The notes under the pieces were generated by a model. The model was not told the origin of the DNA. It made no database searches and saw only the letters and a program-made list of their open reading frames with translations. The position numbers and the translations under genes are program-made. DNA of 64,000 nucleotides from positions 209,374,001 through 209,438,000 of the forward strand of contig OZ024742.1 in the NCBI GenBank assembly GCA_964016885.1. Direction: 5' to 3'. Of this stretch, positions 55,851-64,000 are shown piece after piece. Position 1 is the first letter of the stretch. Every line of letters begins with the position of its first letter. Origin of the DNA: Eledone cirrhosa (Eukaryota).

Positions 55851-58681
55851 GGGAGATATGATATGAAGCTTAAAAAACACTTGTGAATAGTGAAGTTTTA
55901 AATCAACATATGAAAAATAAATTAAGATTGATGTATGAGATTGGGAAAAAGTGAAGGGGTTGGGGGTGGAAAAGGTAAGGAAGAGGAAGAAATGAGAGTA
56001 AAGTATGTTGGGGGAGGAGTATAAGAAGGAAGGATGAGAAAGGAGGAGAGATGGGTGATAGAGAGAGAGAGAGAGAGATAGCCTTTACAACTGAGGAAAA
56101 AATATATTGTCTCACAGAGAGAAATTAAAAAGCCGTTGGAAGATAATAGATAATTTAAAAGATTTTGAAATTAAAAGTTAATGAGGTTTATGCATGAAGA
56201 AAAAGGAATTAAGAATAGTATTAAATTAAGGTTTGTATATTGAAGGGTTTAATAATATGTGCGAGGAAAAGAATTTATTAATATGTATTATTAAAATAAA
56301 AATATTAATGTTATTAAGGATATAATGTGAAAAGAAGGAGAAGAATGAATGAGTTATGAATTTAGAGGAATTAGTTAGGGTTTAAGTTTGTTTTTATGTA
56401 TTGTAATATGTAAAAGTCAAATTAAGTAGTAGTTTAAAGCGAGCGTGAAAGGATGGAGGAGATACGAAAAATTTAAGGAAGAAAAAAAATCAAACGTCAA
56501 AAAATTATATGTTTACGAAGGACTTCTAATGGTAATACTATAATGTATTAAAAAAATAATTTTTATGGCCAATCATATGAGGAATGGTGGAAGAATGGAT
56601 AATGTTGTGGTGAGTAATAATAAGAATTGAGAAGTAGTTGGGAAGAAAAAGTACAGATTAGAGGTTAGAAATTAAAAAGAAAAAAGGAAGAAAGGAAAAT
56701 GATGAAGAGGAATGATATAGAATGGGTAAATTGTATTATATAATATATAATATTGAAATAAGGTAGAAAGATGGGTATATTTGTAAAAGATATATAAGCC
56801 TTTGAGAAAAAGGATTTTAACCTAGTAAGGTATTGAGATATTAGCTGTATACTATATGGAATGTTCTATGGAATTTATGCAAGCAGAGAGAAAGTAAATC
56901 TGTGCGTCTATTTATTATAGAATTGAGATTAGATATAATGGTAAATTTCTCGGCTAGGCAGAGATTACATGTTCTGGATAGGGAAGAATTCAGGTAAGTA
57001 AAGACGGAACAAACCTTCCTCCAAGAGATGTTATAGTTAATATGTTTGTCTTTCAAGGACCATATGAGTTCCGAGAGTGCCGTGTTAGTTCTTTTAAGTT
57101 GGTATTTAAAAGACGAATTGTGATTATGAAATCTAGCTTTGAAGGAAGTGGAAGTGGAACCGAAATAGGTAAAGGAATTGGTATCAGTTATAACCTTACA
57201 TTCATAGACTATGTTTTTATCAAGACAATGGTTAGAGGACATTTAGTTTTAATAGGACAATTTCAATTACGATTAGAGAAATTAACAGAGTTATTAACAA
57301 GTGACCTAGTGTTATTTATAGAAGGAATTGGATTGGAGAAGTTATTTACGATAGGAATAATAATTTCCTGATTTAGATTGGTATTATGAACATTCAACGA
57401 AGTTACGTTTGACGTCGTATTTAAGTTTACAGAATCTAGCCTAGAGTTAACAATGACGTCGGGAGTAGTACTGCTATTATTATGACGCTCTGTGTTGGAA
57501 GGGTGTGATTTATTATTTAATATGTTATTGTTGTGTTTAGAGATAATGTTAGAGATGTTGGAAGAAGTGGAATAAGAAAATTTTATTGTATGTTTGTTTC
57601 AGATTTTTCTATGGATATGTGAGGGAGGGAAGCATTTATCTAAGGCCCTAAAGAATAGTTTAGGAATATTATTAGTAATAGAAATAGAGAAAGGAGCATT
57701 ATACCAGATTATATTTTTGTATCTATGTCTTTTATTTAAGTTATTGGAATGTTCATAATTAATTATTTTACTGTAAGACCTTCTAGAATTGGTTTCTTTG
57801 TTTAATTTTATCAGGATAACCGGCTTTAGAAAGCGCATTATTATAGTAATTGGCGTTAGCATCGAAGATATCTTTATTAGAGGATAGGTTTGAGATTCTT
57901 TTTCCAATATTACTGACTATAGCATGTTTAATGTTAGTGGGGTGGTTAGATTTAAAATTAACATAATTTAGATTCTCAATGTTTTTATGGTAAGGGTAAG
58001 AAGTTAGCTAGTTTGACGTTGTTATCAAATTCAATTTTGAGGTTATGTTGCTTAAAGAGATCACGTATATTGTTCTTAATATTAAGGTTAACTAAGTTGC
58101 AGTTTAAGATAGTAAAAATCCATCGTCACGATAAATTCCACCGCGAAGTTGAGGAATTTTCCGATTTAAAGAATTCAAAATAAAAATACCAATCAAATCA
58201 GTCAATCTTCACATTATATCCTTAATAACATTAATATTTTTATTTTAATAATACATATTAATAAATTCTTTTCCTCGCACATATTATTAAACCCTTCAAT
58301 ATACAAACCTTAATTTAATACTATTCTTAATTCCTTTTTCTTCATGCATAAACCTCATTAACTTTTAATTTCAAAATCTTTTAAATTATCTATTATCTTC
58401 CAACGGCTTTTTAATTTCTCTCTGTGAGACAATATATTTTTTTTCTCAGTTGTAAAGGCTATCTCTCTCTCTCTCTCTCTATCACCCATCTCTCCTCCTT
58501 TCTCATCCTTCCTTCTTATACTCCTCCCCCAACATATTTTACTCTCATTTCTTCCTCTTCCTTACCCACCCCACCCGTCACTTTTTCCCAATCTCATACA
58601 TCAATCTTAATTTATTTTTCATATGTTGATTTAAAACTTCGCTATTCACAAGTGTTTTTTAAGCTTCATATCATGTCTCCC

Positions 58682-58752
58682 TATTTTATCTGATGAGAAC
58701 GCAGATATGATCTCATGATGATATTTGTTTTTGAAATGCGCATAATAAAATA
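58682..58752 (+). ncRNA. Type-I hammerhead in the inverted pseudo-LTR
   Basis: tattttat CTGATGA gaacgcagatat..atatttgttttt GAA-ATGCGCAT-A ataaaata. Confidence 0.75.
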
Positions 58753-59709
58753 CTTGGAACTCTTTTAACCATCTTTTGATCTTATATTATATATATATAT
58801 ATACAAAGTAAATGTCACCATATATATATATATATATGGTGACATTTTCTTTCGTATCTCTTGTACCTAGTACTGAATTCAGACTTGGTGAAGCCCTAAG
58901 CTATATAAATCTTGGAGAGCTCGTGTTTTTAAAAAAAATGCACTAGACGATGTATAAAGTTTTATTATTTTTAGGCTAGCTGCTGATTGTATGGCCCTAT
59001 GTAGTAGCCCGTTTAACTTGCTCCTAAATCCGTTAATGTTAATACTCTTACGTTTATAGTATTATATGTGCAAACCACTGTGACTAATAAAGAAATAATT
59101 ATTGACATATCTTTCGTGTCCAAACAGTATAAACCGTATACATTTTGCTCCGTAAATCCAATAGGATTTCTCCACAAGAAACTTATTCTAGAGAGAATGG
59201 GCGAAAGAATTTTGTAACTATCCCTAATAAGGAAGGACAAAGAATATTTTCCCTCCGTCGCCTGCATTTTCAGCAGATATCCATTAAAAATGTCAATAAT
59301 GGTGTTGGCATTTAAGAAGAACGGAGCGAACAGGATCATCGTTAAAAGAGCTGAGAGCTAGTCGTAAAGTTTACTCGACTGCCTAGGAGAAAATGCTATT
59401 TGCTTGGAAAATTTTTCAGAATATTTGCAATAACGCCATCAGTAATACAGCCATGAATGACAGCAACGATAAAACCACCACCATTTACAACCACAGGGTG
59501 CCAAGTGACAATAGTAACAACACCAATTCCAATACTATAAATAATGACAATATAAAACAACAATAAAAAACCTAACCGAAAGTGGATAGAAAAATAAAAA
59601 TCATAACAGCAGCAACCTCACCACAATCAACAGAGACAACACAGCTAATCAAGCCATTTCCCCCTCATTTTCTCAACCAGCAACACATGCAGCAATAATA
59701 ACAATAATA

Positions 59710-59889
59710 ATTGTTTATACTTTTGGCACAAGGCCAGCAATTATTCCAGTGTATTACTGGTACTTTATTTTATCGACCCCATAAGGATGAAAGGCAAAGT
59801 TTACCTCGGCGGGATTAGAACACAGACCATAAAGGGCTGTATCTCTTTGCTGCAAAGCATGGCGTCCGACCCTCTACCGATACTGCCAA
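59710..59889 (-). mobile_element. tRNA-derived SINE in (AAT)n
   Basis: Same family as 40058-40234. Confidence 0.8.
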
Positions 59890-60589
59890 CAATAATAATA
59901 GCAACAATTTCATATTCTACCTACTTACGAAAGACAAAAATAACAGATCATATTTATTTAAAACATACTATACTTGAAACAAGGATGATCATGGCTGAAC
60001 TGCCTTTAATCACAGCGGCAAAACAAAATCTACTCCAGCATCTTGATTACATGTAATTCATAATGCAAGATCAACTAGAGACCCACACTTTTATTTCACT
60101 CAGCAATGGTTAGTCGCTCTAAAGAAATGTGTTCAAAACACTGTTGATTAATTTGATATCCTCAAAACATTTGTCCCTGTATTCAATACTTCTATCTTTA
60201 GCATCGGTGACTTTCAGTCAGATCACATAAACATAGTTTGAGCTGATTGAGATTCTCTGACCCAGACTATCACTTCTGGCGTGTCTCAGTTTCGGTTTGT
60301 CCTTCACACACTTGTTTGAATACATCTTACTTCCCTTTCCATCAACCCCAGACACGCCCCCATCTTCTCCGTGAAAGGTGCTATTTGTCATTCACCTCCA
60401 ATATTCTGCACCCCTATATAAAAACTAATCAGTTCACAGTTAACCTGATCTAACTCCGTTAACAAGAAACCTCAAGGATATTCTCCAATCGAATCATGTC
60501 AATCTTGTTTCCTTCAATATGTACATCATTGCAGATTCCTAAACAAACATTATCCGCTAAATATGAACAGCATGCAACTAAATCTCTTA

Positions 60590-62120
60590 TCATCATCGGA
60601 TCGGGCGAATTCCCAGGGTCAACTTCACTCTGCCTCTCCAGATGTTCATGTCCTCCATCACTGTTTTCAGGTCTTCGATTGTCAAACAAACATATTTCGT
60701 GAATTTGTTGATATAAGTCATCCGAGGATGCCCGATTCGAGTGTAATCCATGGCTCTTCTTTCGAGGAATGATGTTTCCAGAACCTGTTCAGCACTAAGC
60801 GCAACATTCGAGTGTATGTCCCATTCAGCAGCTTGTTCTCTAATTTGTTGTGTAATTTTCCATGCAGAGCAGCCATACAAAAGAACCTACTCAAATACAG
60901 TTCCGAAGAAGCCTCTCTTCATTTTGTTTGGTATAGAGGACTTCTAGATTGACCTGAGGCTATCGAAAGCACTCCATGCTTCAACTATCCGTATAGTTAT
61001 GTCTTTCTCGGTGGATGAAATATCACTTCCAAGATAGGTAAACCTTTTAACCACGTTTAGAGATTATCGATTCAAAGCGTTCAATTCACCATTCTGATTG
61101 AAGTTCATGACTTCTGTCTTCTTCGTTTTCACGTCCAATCCTAACATGCCGGCAGACTGCTCGAGCACATGCAGGAGTTTTTCGGTGCCTACATATTTGT
61201 CTATCCTGGGTAGGATGTCCTTTGATTCTGGTTCTATGCAATGTGAAGCCTAGATTCTTCTCACAGTTCAGAAATGTACAGAACACATTGTTCAGAGTGA
61301 TGGTAAATAGGACGGGTGCAAGAGTGTCTCTTTGCAAAACTCCTGCTTGAATTCTAAAGTATTTGCAACAGCAACTAGATGCTATCCAGATATTAGTCGA
61401 TAATCAACAATCGACAGTTGCCTGGTGAATGGAAAATGATATCAGCGGAAGTAAGCGTACGACTCAATTTGAGATTAAGGCATCAAACAATGACGAAAGG
61501 TTACTAAAATGGAAAAAAATATTTTGAGAAGTTAATTGGAAGTTCTCCTGTTAACAACAACCAATCAATGCAAAAGATTACTGAAAAGGGATTACCAGTC
61601 AGGAAAACGCCCATTCTGTATTGAAGAGCTAAAACATTTCTAAAAATCTCAAGAATAACAAAGCTGTTTGACTAGATGAAGTGCCTCCAGAGATCTGGAA
61701 AGCTTGACGCTTTAATGATATACTATTGCATTTCTGCAATTCTGTATGCAACCAAAGCTCTATTGAATCATCAACTGAAAGATGCATTCTATCTATCCCG
61801 AAAAAAAGGACACCTTTATGTTACAGACAACTACAGCGATATTACACTGACCTGTATTGCTGCCAAAATCTACAATACAAAGTTACACAAATCGATAAAA
61901 TTCTTAGACCGAACGAAAACGTTTTTAGACAAAATAGGTCTACACTAGTGCATATTCTGTTGGTAAGAAGAATTCTAGAGCGTGCGAAGGCAAAAAAAAA
62001 CATAGAAACAACTGACATCTTTGTAGACTCTTCCAAATGTTTTGACTCAGTTCAGAGGGAAAATGGATTACCAGAAGAAACAGTAAATACAATTATGATG
62101 CTGTACAAGAACACACGATC
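60590..62120. mobile_element. Old RTE/RTE-X LINE remnant in two orientations (60590-61360 minus; ~61430-62120 plus)
   Basis: Minus: GVLQRDTLAPVLF, FTYLGS, LLYGCSAW; plus: ITLTCIAAKIYN, KILRPNEN.FRQNRST, FVD.SKCFDSV. Confidence 0.7.
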
Positions 62121-63381
62121 AAAGCCCCCCCCCCCCACACACACACACACACTCATATTGACACTACAAATTCGAAGTTTCACCGTTACTGAAGATCTTC
62201 CCGCACTAAAATACAGTCTAATGATCTGTCCCTCTAAAGTACAGCCTCAAACGTAAAGACTAGTCAATTCATTAACAAACAATTAACTCCCCACACACAA
62301 CAAAGAAGACTCACAGTGGAATATCGTTCCCACGTCTAACTAATGTTATATAGACCGTATCCAAAGAAAACCAGCTTCCACTTATAAATATGAATTTGCT
62401 CATCAACACACTCCAGGCTCTGATCCATAAACAAGTTGTTTCCTCTCTCTTTTCTACAGCGACTACAGTTGGGCATGTTTCTAGTAGTTGAATGATATGG
62501 TGTCACGCCCAGTTAAGCCCTCATCTCTTCTCTTCTCGTTACCCATATTGTGTTACCCTCAGGACATGCACTAACCCCCATGCTCCCCCTTCCGAACCTT
62601 AATTCTCTGGACATCTTTCACTGTAAACCATTGAATTACAACTATTAAAAAGGAATATTCATTAAACATTGATCTCACCGAACACGGGGTCTCTACAAAT
62701 GCCATCAACACAACCTCTAATACAAACTAATCCAAGATTTTATTTTCTTAATACATTGGAGTTTGCTGAGGAACGAAATTTCTACCAGATGTGCGATGAT
62801 ATTTTAATAAGAAAACACAACAATGCTTCAAAACAACATTATTTAAATGTAGGAAAACAGCCAATCATAATAAAGAAGACACGAAAAATAAACAACCAAA
62901 AAGCATTTAACAGACGTTTGTAAATAAGAAATAATACGAATTCCAGCTTGTAAACTATGTCTATGGTTTTAGATTAAGTACTTTCAAATATTCACACACT
63001 CTCACACAGAGACAGACATACACGGAGACACACAAACACACACACATACGTCTATCATTAGCCATCTGTCAGACAATAATTATACAATCGAGTTAACAAA
63101 CTGAAGAAAAATGTACCAGGACATACACAAAAATATTTGAAACAAAATATACGTTACTTGTGGTATATATGTGTGTGTGTTTGTGTGTGTGTTTACCAAG
63201 TCCTTTACTTGGTGAACATTCAACATTACCAGCAAAACTCATTGGCTAAAAGTTTGCTGTACTATGCAAAGATCTCTCTCTCTCTCCCCCCACCCCCCCT
63301 CAGTATCTTCATCGCATACACACGAACACACAGATATAGAAACATATATATACATAGTTAGATATATATTTGTGTGAGTGC

Positions 63382-63444
<63 letters not shown>

Positions 63445-63445
<1 letters not shown>

Positions 63446-63612
63446 CGAAGGAGATGTGGTAAGGAACCAGGTGGACCATAACGCACCAAAGTACTCAATA
63501 CTTAGGGTAGTAGAGTGGGTAATAGGAACAAGTAAGACCCCGACGGTTGAGCTTTCAGTACAGAATTAGCCGTCGAAACGTCTTGAGCTCAGCCGTCGGG
63601 GTCTTACTTGTT

Positions 63613-63615
<3 letters not shown>
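63445..63615. mobile_element. Short fold-back remnant of the 6585-6692 hammerhead family, in (TA)n
   Basis: ataggaacaagtaagaccccgacggttgagct ... agctcagccgtcggggtcttacttgttcctat; contains tagccgtcGAAAcg..gccGTC. Confidence 0.75.
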
Positions 63616-63696
<81 letters not shown>

Positions 63697-64000
63697 TATA
63701 TTGAAAACCATACTCCATAATATAGAACCAAGTGACTGATTTATGCGACCAAAATAACACTACACACATATTGGGTCAGCAACGAACTAGGAATATTGGA
63801 TGCTCCGTCAATGACCGGGTAAGCACAAATAGAATTCTATTTGCATTGAAATATACGAACTTGTGGATCTGTTGTGAGGTCGAACACAAACACACACGAC
63901 CGCACAGATGAGCGATGGACTATGCCCTATGGGTTGGACTTGCAAGTGCTTTGAAAGATGTGTAACTCTAGTACTATTATTTATTATTAAGATGTATAAA

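Larger units (their letters stand above)
55658..58790 (-). mobile_element. 5'-truncated PLE with ~590-bp inverted pseudo-LTRs (55737-56330 / 58208-58790)
   Basis: GGIYRDDG at ~58130, IIWYNAPFS, CL..NIVYEC..YFGST, CNLCLAEK; arms are reverse complements. Confidence 0.9.

Overview
AT-rich, microsatellite-dense eukaryotic DNA. The SINE and retroelement content looks octopod/cephalopod-like, which is an inference from memory. No recognisable host protein-coding gene is present. The window is mostly mobile elements sitting in simple repeats: Penelope-like elements (PLEs, RT + GIY-YIG) with inverted pseudo-LTRs, three R4/Dong-type RT-REL copies in (TAA)n including one intact 1130-aa ORF, a second Dong-like family in (CATA)n, three Tx1/L1 copies, RTE fragments and bipartite RTE mini-elements, one DD37D (maT) transposon and several tRNA-derived SINEs. 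The main signal is a set of about ten type-I hammerhead ribozyme (HHR) loci from several families, each with its own palindromic stem III. They occur in PLE pseudo-LTRs, in short non-coding fold-back elements in (TA)n, and in a ~659-nt tandem retrozyme-like dimer. One further (TA)n-embedded element carries a tRNA-like Pol III unit. All folds were paired by eye and element boundaries are approximate.
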